Shown here one piece after another: positions 14,200-24,600 of a DNA stretch of 63,814 bases. Each line of letters opens with the position of its first letter. Positions within the stretch are counted from its first letter, which is position 1. A program made the translations under genes and the position numbers. The stretch lies in assembly GCF_033153115.1 (NCBI RefSeq), contig NW_026889781.1:5146001-5209814 (forward strand). The letters are read 5' to 3'. The notes beneath the pieces were generated by a model that was not told the DNA's origin, did not search any database, and saw only the letters and a list, made by a program, of their open reading frames with translations. The DNA comes from Saccostrea echinata (lineage: Eukaryota).

Positions 14200-17100
14200 C
14201 AGACACCATGCAATGAAGAAATGTGGATCATAGCTATATATTGCTATATATTAACAAAATTTAAAAGTTTCCAAGTTAGTTCAGTCCTTTAAGACTTTAA
14301 GATAATTGTTTTGTTCAAGAATCCATCTTATTTTTTTTCATTGCTGCTCATTATATTTAAGATCATGTTTGTTCTATCATTTGGATCTTCCTCCTTCTTT
14401 GTTTCATGTTTGTAAATCTTTTTTGCTCCTCCGGGGGCCCAAATTGGACTAATAAATCTTGTAAATCTTGTAAATCTTGTTTAACGTGGATCTTCTTTTC
14501 TACTATTTCGAAAACAGATTGATGATATTGGCCTCCTGAGTCATGCAAATTCGAAATATTCGAAGTTAACCAACAAGGGTTTAGACACAAACTTAAGGAC
14601 CCTCTATTAACTAAAGGAAAAGATTTTTTGGACATTGAGAAAATTATTGTGTAAAAAAGTAAATGTTGAGCTTATCTATTACATTTAGATCACTTTTTTA
14701 AAAAGGGTCTAAATATAGGCAGCCCCGATCCTTCAAAAGGCGTCGGAATTTCATAAACATTATAGATTCTGTAGAGGATTACGCCAGGCGATGGGCCAGA
14801 CATGAAAAAGAAGACCGTGACACTTTGTCAGAATTGATTAAATGTATCAGATGTATGTTAAAATCGCGCATTAAAAGATTGAGGGGCAATATGAGAACCA
14901 TCTATCCTTCTGTATTCAATAATCCAGAAGTGAAAAAAGAATAAGATAGATTACATGATCAGTACGTACTGGTCCCTGCTGACAAAGCAGGTAACAACAT
15001 TGTCTTTGTTTGTAAGGCTCATTATATTAAATGCATTTTAGAGGAACTTGGATTTAATTCTACAAGTGGTTATCCAACTCATACTTATAGTTCCCTTTCT
15101 AAGGAAGAAATTCTTCAAAATCGTATGTCAGTTTTAAATATTTTTAATATTCCAAACAACCAAAATGAATTTGAATTACAATATCTATATTGGATTCCGA
15201 AACTTCATAAAAATCCTTACAAAGATACATAGCGGGCTCCAGTAAATGTTCAACCAAGCCTCTTTCTTTACACCTCACTAAAATATTAACAGTAGTAAAG
15301 GAGAAACTTCAAGAGTACTGTGCAACAATATATTCGAAAAGTGGTGAGAAATCAGACGTGGATACTTAAAAATTCCAAGGAACTTTTGGAAAATTTGAAA
15401 TCACAAGATTTCATCAAAATCAACAGGTTAAAAAAACACGACTTTTCAACTTTATACACAACCATTCCCCACGATAAATTAAAGTCCAGGCTTTTTTTAT
15501 ATCATTGACAGCTGCTTTTTCTATTAGAATGGAACACGTAAATTTACTCACCTTGTCATTGGTCATTTGCAAAATTATTTTGTTAAAAAACATTCTGGTT
15601 GTACACACAAGTACTCTGAAGTTGACATTAAAGAAGATGCTTAAGTTTCCGATTGACAATATCTACGTGGTTTATGGAGACCAGGTCTTCCAACAATCTT
15701 TCGGAATTCCCATGGGTACCAATTGCGCCCCGTTATTAGCAGACCTTTTTTGTATTCATATGAAGCAGAATTTGTCCAAAATCTTGTAGGTGAAAAGAAG
15801 AAAACGCTTGCTGTGGCCTTCAACTCGACATTTAGATATATCGACGACGTATTGTCAATTAACAATGGTTATTTCCATTCTTATGTCGATAAGATATATC
15901 CCGGTGAGCCTGAGATAAAAGATACCACAGAGTCTGACACATCTGTTTCATATTTGGATATCTTACTTGAAAAAGACGTTAATGGTAATCTAAAACCAAG
16001 TTTTATGATAAACTTGATGACTTTTAACTTTTCAATCGTAAACTTCCCTTACTTATGCAGCAATATACCTTCATCACCTGCATACGGGGTTTATATCTCT
16101 TAGTTGATTCGATACGCAAGAGCATGCTCTACGTATGTACAATTTCTAAAACGAGGTATATTATTTACAAACAAGTTGATGAAACAAGAAAATCAGCAGT
16201 CTCGTCTAAAGTCATCATTTCGTAAGTTCTATGGTTGATACAATGACCTTGTCAGCAAATACAATTTATCATTGAGTCAAATGCTGACTGACGTTTTTCA
16301 TACTAATTGTTAGGCCATTATTTACACACTGAATTGTCGACGGATTTTACTGTTATTTCCCGATCATGACAAGGAGCACACGGCGGGTGTGACCGGTCGG
16401 CAGGGGATGCTCACTACTCCATGGCTCTGCCCCTCTTATGTATTGTTTAATGGACTTTTAAGCTTGAATACTATTCGATATTTTCATATATTTCATTTTC
16501 AACAAAGGTAGTACCTTGCATTAACCCCCAGGAAAAAAGTTCAAAGACTATGAAGTACTGATGAACAGAAATCACTGTTGTCTACTAAAGTGGGCAAAAT
16601 ACCAGAAAATAAAGTGTTCAATATATTCATAAAATGTTATGAATGCTTGATTTGATCACAAATAATTAATAAACTTTACATTTCAATTTATTTTATTCTA
16701 GATCAAAGAGCAGATTACTCTATCTACATCAAAATACCACAAAATCAGATCTCTTTAGAGTGCCGTGTATAGAGGGCTCTTGAGGATGACAATGGACAGA
16801 CCTGCATGCTACCTGATTTATTTAAAGGACCTTAATCTGTAATTGTGATCTTACATGATCGAGAAATTTCAAAAGGATAGGAATGAAATGCATACAAATA
16901 TAAATGAACTTTGAGAACATATTTTGGAAGGCATGGAGAGACATGAAAGCAATTCAATTACATGGTATTGATTAAGGGCTGGTACGCTTAAAAGTAAATA
17001 TATAGTTCATGAATGCATACATTATTTTTTTTATGACACTAAGAAATCAAACCAAAAAAATCTTATTTATTTGTGGAAGAGTTCAATAAAAACCAGAAAT

Positions 17101-17964
17101 TCATATCTATAATAACAAGTATAATTGCAGCTGTATATTATCTGGTACACTACAGAGAACAATCTAGGTCTGCCAAATGTTTCTTCATACATTCATATAT
17201 CAAGAGTGATTTTCATTTTGTTCCAAATTTTGAAATATTTTTTATTTCTTTACATAAGAGTTTATTTGCTTTGCCTCTGTTTACCCTAAGCATTCAAATA
17301 AAAGGAGTAATTGTCTTGATATATAAGTAGAATGTATGCGAAAACATAAAGGTGATATTATACTTCCACATGGATTTGCACAATTTAAGAGCGAATATTT
17401 CACATCCATAAAGATAATCTAAAATCTAAAAAAGTTCTAAAAAGTTCTTTAATCTCAATGTGTGTAACAGTGTAACAATTTCATTGAATAAACTGACTTC
17501 TGGTTTAATCATATAATTTTAGACAGAGAACCCGGTTGTGTAATAATTTGAGAATTGATCCCTAGGAGCAGAAATGTCATTATTATCATAATCTTCCTTG
17601 TAAATTTGATATTTCAAAAACAAGAGAAAGATATACATCTTACGCGAAATAAATAAATAAATAAAATACAGTTTAACTTTGGTATCTCGAACACTGATAA
17701 TTCAAATACAAATGTACCATGGATATGTCGAAGTGATTTGGAAGTCCCAATAACTTATTCTTTAAGTATTTTACCCTGGATATCTCTAATCATCGGATAT
17801 CTTGAAGTTTTTTCTCTGTCCCATTGAGTTCGAGATAAGATTAAGAGGTTTGATTGATCGTAAATAAATAATAATGATAATAATTATAACTTACCATATC
17901 CAGATGCCCAACTTATAACAAAAGCATACGAACATATATATGTATTCATAATCAACAAAACCAT
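1435..17964 (-). CDS. Multi-exon gene: signal peptide + F-type lectin/F5-8 type C-like domain + 4 EGF-like repeats (MEGF10/SREC-like family expanded in bivalves)
   Basis: GT-AG, all phase-1 exons: 17895-17964 (MVLLIMNTYICSYAFVISWASGY); 12826-13059 (ENLALDKPTWQS...SNAVDGL...WWVNL...IYYRTDNVMW); 8937-9191 (...ARFLGF...LCFHD...GQYVIYFNER...LCEVEVY); 7351-7482 (GCSAGYYGSNCSLTCPDRNCRYCHIETGICLSCYPGYSGNPCES); 5103-5231 (GCSAGWEGNC...PCNPGWKGQNCIK); 1894-2031 (ECDGRKYGQDCGLDCGAC...CDAGFEGNRCKR); 1579-1716 (ECVGGRYGQDCNQTCGAC...CDRGYRGELCKT). The terminal exon 1435-1460 (VGGDMFIY*) is tentative. Confidence 0.88.
3112..3191. repeat. Truncated copy of the short hairpin MITE at 57599-57704
   Basis: TAAGAATGACTCTAATTC...GGGTCAGTTTACGCTTTATAATCCGCGAAGC is nearly identical to the left part of 57599-57704. 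Confidence 0.75.
3215..4404 (-). mobile_element. Non-autonomous Helitron/Helentron-type element with oyster Cg170-like satellite monomers
   Basis: Degenerate repeats of TTTGAACAAACTTGAATCTACA...GAGGATGCTTCCA and GAAGAAGATTTTTAAAG, ending in a GGAC/AGAC microsatellite and GATCAGAAAAGCTCACTT. Family recognised from memory; boundaries approximate. Confidence 0.65.
10182..11396 (+). mobile_element. Helentron-type non-autonomous element (pearl/HINE-like) interrupted by a MITE
   Basis: 5' TATACCCC...GGGGTGTATA hairpin, (GTCC)n microsatellite, two internal GCAACTCCTCT...ACTGAAT...GAGACTTT units, 3' end in CTAGT. Confidence 0.65.
10313..11045. mobile_element. MITE (Kolobok-like, AT-rich target) nested in the HINE-like element
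   Basis: Perfect TIR TAAAGAAGATGGGTGAACAAGGCG / CGCCTTGTTCACCCATCTTCTTTA; the host repeat unit resumes on either side. Confidence 0.8.
11814..12059. mobile_element. Short hAT-like MITE
   Basis: CAGGCCCGTAGGAA...TTCTTCGGCCATG termini, poly-G/poly-C tracts, direct repeat TATTGAT at 11807-11813 and 12060-12066. Confidence 0.6.
13260..13870 (+). mobile_element. Degenerate non-LTR retrotransposon (L1/Tx1-like) RT fragment
   Basis: Translates as ...GRGVRQGDPLSPH*FILVVELFSAYLKNNPDIRGININDYEYLVRRYADE. QGDPLSP and the YADD-like motif are non-LTR RT signatures; stops and frameshifts present. Confidence 0.8.
13900..13943. repeat. (CT)n microsatellite
   Basis: Direct observation. Confidence 0.95.
14685..16495 (+). 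mobile_element. 5'-truncated, degenerate Penelope-like retroelement (Naiad-like) RT with 3' UTR
   Basis: Fragments read KG.KYRQP...YVLVPADKAGNNIVFVCK...YWIPKLHKNPY...DFSTLYTTIPH...GIPMGTNCAPLLADLFLYSYE...FRYIDDVLSINN...FPYLCSNIPSSPAYGVYIS..IRYARACS...MLTDVFHTNC* (~16313). No C-terminal GIY-YIG domain. Many stops and frameshifts. Confidence 0.85.
17667..17856. mobile_element. Tc1/mariner-pogo-type MITE remnant
   Basis: TA-CAGT... terminus with TATCTCGAAC / GTTCGAGATA inverted motifs. Confidence 0.55.
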
Positions 17965-20389
17965 GTTTGGAAGTATAATTCATGCAACTAGGAAGTTAAA
18001 TTAAACATACTTGTAAAGTAAACAAACCTGGACGAGTTCATTTCAAGCAAAGAATGGGGAGGGAAATGGATTTTGTCCATCTAATATTTAACACATCTTA
18101 ATATATGCATTTTTGGTATTTAAGGACCCTCTATACAAAAAAAAAGAATTTTTTTAAGACCTTGAAGAAATTTAGTTATATAAAGGTATTAATATTCATA
18201 TTACATGTTTAATTTTTAATTTAAGGGTACCTGATATATTAACCCCAAGGAAATGTTCGAAGTTAATGAACTATTGATTAAAAATCATGTTCTTTTATTT
18301 AATTCATTATTTTCGTCTATTAAAATGTTAAGAATCTTGAATTAATAACGAACTAAGAAATGAAAATATGTTGTAGATTTCAGTTTATTTTGTTTTAAAC
18401 TAAATTGCATAAAAATACCACAGAATAATATTTTCATTCTTTAGTATGCATTGTGCAAAGGTTTGTTAGGAAGTATGACCAACAGTGTGGTTAAAAAGAA
18501 TAATTTTCCATTTTCAAAAAGAACAAGAGAAATACATCAGACTTTAAGCATTTACAAGTCACATTTTGCGGTATGCATATCATATTTGACATCTCAACAA
18601 CATTCATGTTGAAAGAACCAAATTACATTGATGTAATTTGACACTCTCTTTAAAGGGAAAAACTGGGACTCACAAACTGTTACACTTATTTATTGATCAC
18701 GACTGAAACTCTTATGTGCACTGCTAGATTACTCGGTTTGAATAAACCTTGACACAAAAAATCAGAAAGCTGTAATTTGAAATCAATAGTTTAATATTAA
18801 TTGTGCTGTAACTATGATTATACTCTTCTATTCTGAATGTTAACCACAAATGTTATGATTAAATCATGCAACATTTAAGAATCTGCTAGGTATAGCATGT
18901 AAGAGTATTAGTACGAATAAATAACAGATTTAGTATTGAGGAAAAAAAATTGAGTATATTTTAATTTGCAAATTGTTAAAGTACAATTATCCAATTCTTC
19001 TTGCTACGCAACATTTGAGTGCCTGGAAAAAGGTCAAATTTCAATATCTGTTCTGAAAGAAAAGAGATTTTGTGAGGATGATGCTAGTTTCCCATTAGCT
19101 ACAAAAATATCAATATCATATTTAAAGCGTAGTCCTCTCGTTTGTACAGTCTGTAATATACTTTTTCGTTCAGGAGTTTGTCAACCTTTGCCAGTATAAA
19201 AAGACAATTAGATCATGGTTGCTTTATGAAAAGGTCTCTATTATGAATGTTCAGAACATTCAGGTTTTTGTTCCATATATCAAAAAAACTAAGAGTTATT
19301 TGATTTTTTTTTTTCACTTTTAACATTAAATCCCGACATTTGAGATATCTTTAGGCCTATTTTGCATGAAAAAAAAATAATGATTCATGAATCATAATAA
19401 ATCAATGATAAATGTGCATTTTAACTTAACATGTAACTCGTTTATCTTTGTTTGTTTCTTATGTAAGTAGTATATTGAATTATGTAAATTTATTTCTGCT
19501 TATACACTCAAGAATAGATTAGTATTTGTCGAGGTATCGTAAAAAAAACATCATTGTTAATTGACTTAATTCAAAATGCGCTTAAGAGACCCAAGATTTT
19601 AAGTTTGTAATACTTAATTAATTTTCGCTAAATGTGAGAATAAGACATGTATGCCAAATATTTTCTTCTGTCTAAAATGTCGTAAAGATAAAAGATAGCA
19701 AAAGAACAACATGGATATTGTAACAGTGAAGGTTGATTCTGGGTTCAATATTCATTTCGTGTTTTTTTTAATGCTCAAAAATAATATATATTTGAAATGC
19801 AACATGCCAAATTATATAAGTCTTGATATGATCACATCAATAAGAGAAGTCATAAGGCTTTACATTTGATCTTAGATATGAAGGAATATATACATATACA
19901 ATAAGTTTTATGTTTAATAATGAAAAGGTAGATATCAGATCTACTGTATACATGTACAGACAAATAAACACAAAAGATGTAACATACATGCATACAAGTA
20001 TTTTAGTTGATTCAAAATGCAGCCTATTAATATAATCTGAGTTCTTCAATCCTCCTTTAGAATTGCACCAACTGTAAGTTCATTCAGGTACACTTGTTTT
20101 TACGGATTGGATTTCGTATATCATGTAGGGCTCTCTTATCTTATGGAATTGTCCACTGTGGTAGTGCCAAATTAACGGAATAATACTTTTGTATTTGTAA
20201 GTACTAACTGACACAAAATTCATGAATCATATTGCTAGGTAAATTACTGCATGATTTATTTTCTCCAATTAGATACGTTTAGTAAATTAATTCTTCATGG
20301 TTTATAATATTTTTGCAGTAACTGAAATCTTAATAGTCTCATCATCTACAGTTAAACCAAGCTACGATTGAATCGGTCTTTACATGATA

Positions 20390-20553
20390 TACAGTAAAAA
20401 CTGTCTAATCTGACACCTGTGCAACAAGTTTCACCGTGAATTCCGACCTTTAATTTTATTCACATTTTACTATTCTCAAGGATCTGACATCCTGTCTATT
20501 CCGACACGAAGTTTGTCTCCCAGTATATGTCGAATTAGACATGTTTTACCATA
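20390..20553. mobile_element. Tc1/mariner-pogo-type MITE remnant
   Basis: TACAGTAAAAACTGTCTAATC ... GAATTAGACATGTTTTAC imperfect TIRs. Confidence 0.55.
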
Positions 20554-20869
20554 TATGGTTTTGAAAATGATTTCCTTTCTTGTCGATCAAATAGATGTAT
20601 ATTTTTAGAATTTGCCATAGCATATCTGTAATGAAGAATATTGCTAGGTTCTTCCGTGCTATATATTATCTCCAAATGTCATTGTTTATCTATACTTCCA
20701 ACCGATGATAGGAATACAAATATCAGATTAAAGAGTTTCCGTTCTTTGTTTAAAGTTTCCCAGTTTCTGGACACTGTTTTTGATCATTTTGTCGAAGGGA
20801 GTCACTATAGTTTTATGCTGCGACATTCTGGAAAAAAAAATGGATACTGCTTAAATACTTCAAGGATTT

Positions 20870-20904
<35 letters not shown>

Positions 20905-21055
20905 GTAAGTCATTTGAATTCAGTCTTAGAACTTTCGTTTACTAGTGTATATTTCTCTATGCTAAATGTATAAGCAGCATCTAGTCATGAATGCACAATC
21001 CAGTAATTCCCTCCTTTCATTATGTTTTCCTCGCTATTTAATACTTGCATTATCA

Positions 21056-21582
21056 TACAGTAGAACCTGCTTATAAAACCCTCCGGAAATGAATTCTGAG
21101 TTTCTTATTAACCAAATTTCTTCAAAGCCACGTAAGAAAGTGTTATGAACTGAGGGATGAGGCCTGAAAAGTTATTATTTACTTATAGCCGATATTGTCT
21201 TTTATTGAAGTTCCTTATAAGCGTTTTTGTTCATAGCCATATATAATTGTGTTATGAAATTAGGGATGAGGAAAAGTTATAACATCTTTATAGCCGAGGT
21301 TTTCCTACAAACGAAACCCTTATAAGCCCAAGTTCTAAAATATATATTTTAGATTATACGCTTTGACAATTTAAAACTCAACTTTACAGTTATTCCCAAC
21401 CAAGACATATTACAGCAAAACTCGGTTATTAAGAAATCGCTTATATGGAAATCTCGGTTATAAGGAAACTTGTATGAATCACACAGAAGACGTTTCACTA
21501 TGCTCCTTACACAGATAAATAGAATCTCGGTTAGAAGGAATTTGAGATCCCAGAGGCTTTCTTTTACCCGAGGTTAACTGTA
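21056..21582. mobile_element. Adjacent Tc1/mariner-pogo-type MITE remnants just upstream of the plus-strand gene
   Basis: TACAGTAGAACCTGCTTATAA (21056) and TACAGCAAAACTCGGTTA...CCGAGGTTAACTGTA (21411-21582). Confidence 0.55.
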
Positions 21583-21613
21583 TCTTCTATTGTTTTCTAT
21601 TACAGAAGAGGCA

Positions 21614-24600
21614 ATGCATCTCCTGTTTTTATTGGGGCTTTTAGAGATCGCAGGTAAAACAAAAATTAATAGCTTTTCTAGATAGCTGGTAAGACATTCA
21701 CTTTCTTTTATAACGAAGACAGATCGATATTTTGTTCTCCTTGATTGTTTCCTCCGTTTCTTTTTCTGAATGAAATTAAATGGTAAAGATCATACAGTTA
21801 TATCACGTAGTCGTTCTAACTTTTAAAATAACTTACCCATGGTATTCGAGATATCAGAGTTGGAAATATCAAAGTTCAACTGTAATTAATCTGAAATATT
21901 GAGCAGATTAAAAACAAATTCAGCAGTTACTGTATTAAATTATTTGTGCAAAAATAATTTTGTGTACCTTTCTTTTAATACTTAAAATGAATGTCAAAGG
22001 CATTTAGAAAAAGGTTTCGCTTGCATAAACTACATAATTATTTATTTTGATTATCAAAACCATGTTCAAAGAACAAGGTATGGCTTCAATACAAATATTG
22101 CCCTGTGTTTTTTCTTTAAAATGAAAGTGATGTAAAGAATTAAAACGCATGCTTTCTGAATCAATGAAATTCCATGCAGAAAGATTATACAAATCATTTT
22201 CCTCACACGACCTTCTAAATGGTAATTGTGACGTCATAAACTTGACGAAGTGCATTTTCCCATACCTTTTTAAAAAAATTGCAGAAGACACCAATTTTCA
22301 ATGGAATTTTGTTTAAGATAGTAATGTCCACAGGTATCGCCCACAAAGATTTTGAGATGTGCCATTTTTCAACGAATTTTACACAACATATCCGAAAATT
22401 AATGTGGGTAACGGCTGTAGAAACAATTTTCTTAAGAAAAATAACCCTTGAAATGGGTAATTTTGAGACTTTTTCTGTTTTAAATAAAGAACTTCATCAA
22501 ATTAAGACGTCATATTTCCAGAATGGTACTCTTTCATGCCATTTTCTTTCCTGATTTATCACAGTCATATGCTCAACTAATATTCAAGCCAGTTTAAAAA
22601 CTTTTTGAAAGCATCAAATTTTTAGGACATAATAAAGCTAAAACCGTACCTTCTTCTTTATTATATAGTTCTATAATTTATAATTGCTGACTTTTTCCCC
22701 TCTACACACAAATATATAAAATATACAAAAAATTAAACTTTTGAGTGATGTAATTGTTGATATCATTCTGTGAGGAGTTTTCGAAAAAGTACATTAAGTG
22801 TAATTTTTTTCATTAATTGAAAAATTATGAATATTGATAGCAAAATTTCTAGTGAGTTATTTATTAGAGTTATTTTCAGCGGCTGGGCAATTATGTATGA
22901 ACTGTAAGAACGTAGTGAATCCTCACGAATGCGATCAGGTCACGAAATGTGGAGACCATGAGGTAAAACCCTTTCAGAAAAAAATATTTACTTTTGAAAA
23001 TTCATTTGAATATGATACAAGTTACATTATATTTTGTATCATTTCCTTTTATGAAGTACGAATGCCGATAACAAAGTTTTAAATACTGTATTTCCTTTCC
23101 TATTAAATATATGCATCAACGGATTGTATTCTCTTTTGTTTCTCAAGGAAATCATGTTTTTGTTTATCGGAAGCAAAAAATACAATTAATTTCTATACAA
23201 ATTGAACTCGGTCTTAAGCCTTTTGTAATTTCACGTTTGAAAAAAAAATAACGGATGAATACAATATTAAATTTAACTTTCACTCACTCTATATGAAAAA
23301 AGGGGATAAAATATTGAAAGAAATAAAATGTATCTCTTTGTTGTATTGTATGGTGTATGAAGCATGAAATCTTTGCATGCAGAAAAAAAAAAAACGAAAC
23401 AATCGAATACATATTATGATTTTTTCCCTGCAATTTTGCAACTGTTATACATGTATCCCTCATAATACAACATAGAACATGTAATTGTTAAATCAATACT
23501 TCATCATTTTATATCTGTATACAGCAATATCTTCTACTATGAGTATAGAATTCTTTTTATTTGTGTGCTTTATGACAAAAATGATAAATATATATCAATA
23601 TGTAAGTGTAGCTTTACTACTGTTTCATTAAACTAAAAATATACAGTATATTGATAAATACATAGAATGAAAATACGCAATTTTCACTGAAAGGTCTGGA
23701 AAGTAGCTGAAGAGTAGAACTCTTAAATCCAGTCAAATTTCCGATACAACCTGTGATTTTTAATAGAGAGCTTTTGTTCTGTCACAAGTTTCAATGCTTT
23801 TTTGGTATTCAATTAAGGTTATTTATTATGTGTATTTCTATTTTCATTCTGGCATATAGCAATGCTACATGCAGCAATACTTGAGACATAATACAATATG
23901 GTATGATCTAGGCTGCCAAAGCAATATTGTAAGTATAACCCATTACTCTTACATATGATACATTCATCTATTTTTTAACAACCCACGACTACATTTTATT
24001 CACTTCTTCCGTGCATATTAACAAACAAGAAGTTTTAAGCTTGCCTCAGTACATAAATAAAAACATTCAAGCTATCTTAAACAAATATGTAGAAACTCAA
24101 AAAATATTGTAAAACACATTATTTTCCATATGGTTTTATTGAAATTTAAAACTTTTTCTGAAATGGTGCACATACGTCTTAATGAATATTATGTTTTTCA
24201 TTTTCCTCTTCACGTTATGATCTGGTCCTAACTGGATATTTGATATCGAAACATAGGACGATATATTAGTTTGTAGCATTGCAAATTCATTATTTCAGGA
24301 AATGATTAAAAAATATCCCTTTCTATGCTATGTTGAGTGGTAATTCCAGCCAAATTTAACCATAAACCTCCATGAAAAAAATCAAAATATTATTAATAGA
24401 CTGGAATTGGAATGTTTTTATGCCCCCGGATCGAAAGATCCCGGGGATATATTGTTTTTGTCCTGTCTGTCTGTTTGTCTGTCTGTTTGTTGTCAACTTT
24501 AACCTATCCAATAACTATTGCGCTGTCAAGGGTAAGACTTTAATATTTGACATGAGTGTTCATTATGACAAGGCCTTTCCATTGGTACAGAATTTTTTGA

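Noticed and set aside
16558-16575. CTGATGA...GAAA hammerhead-like cores (also ~668, ~5776, ~10585)
   Set aside because: No supporting stems I-III could be formed by eye.
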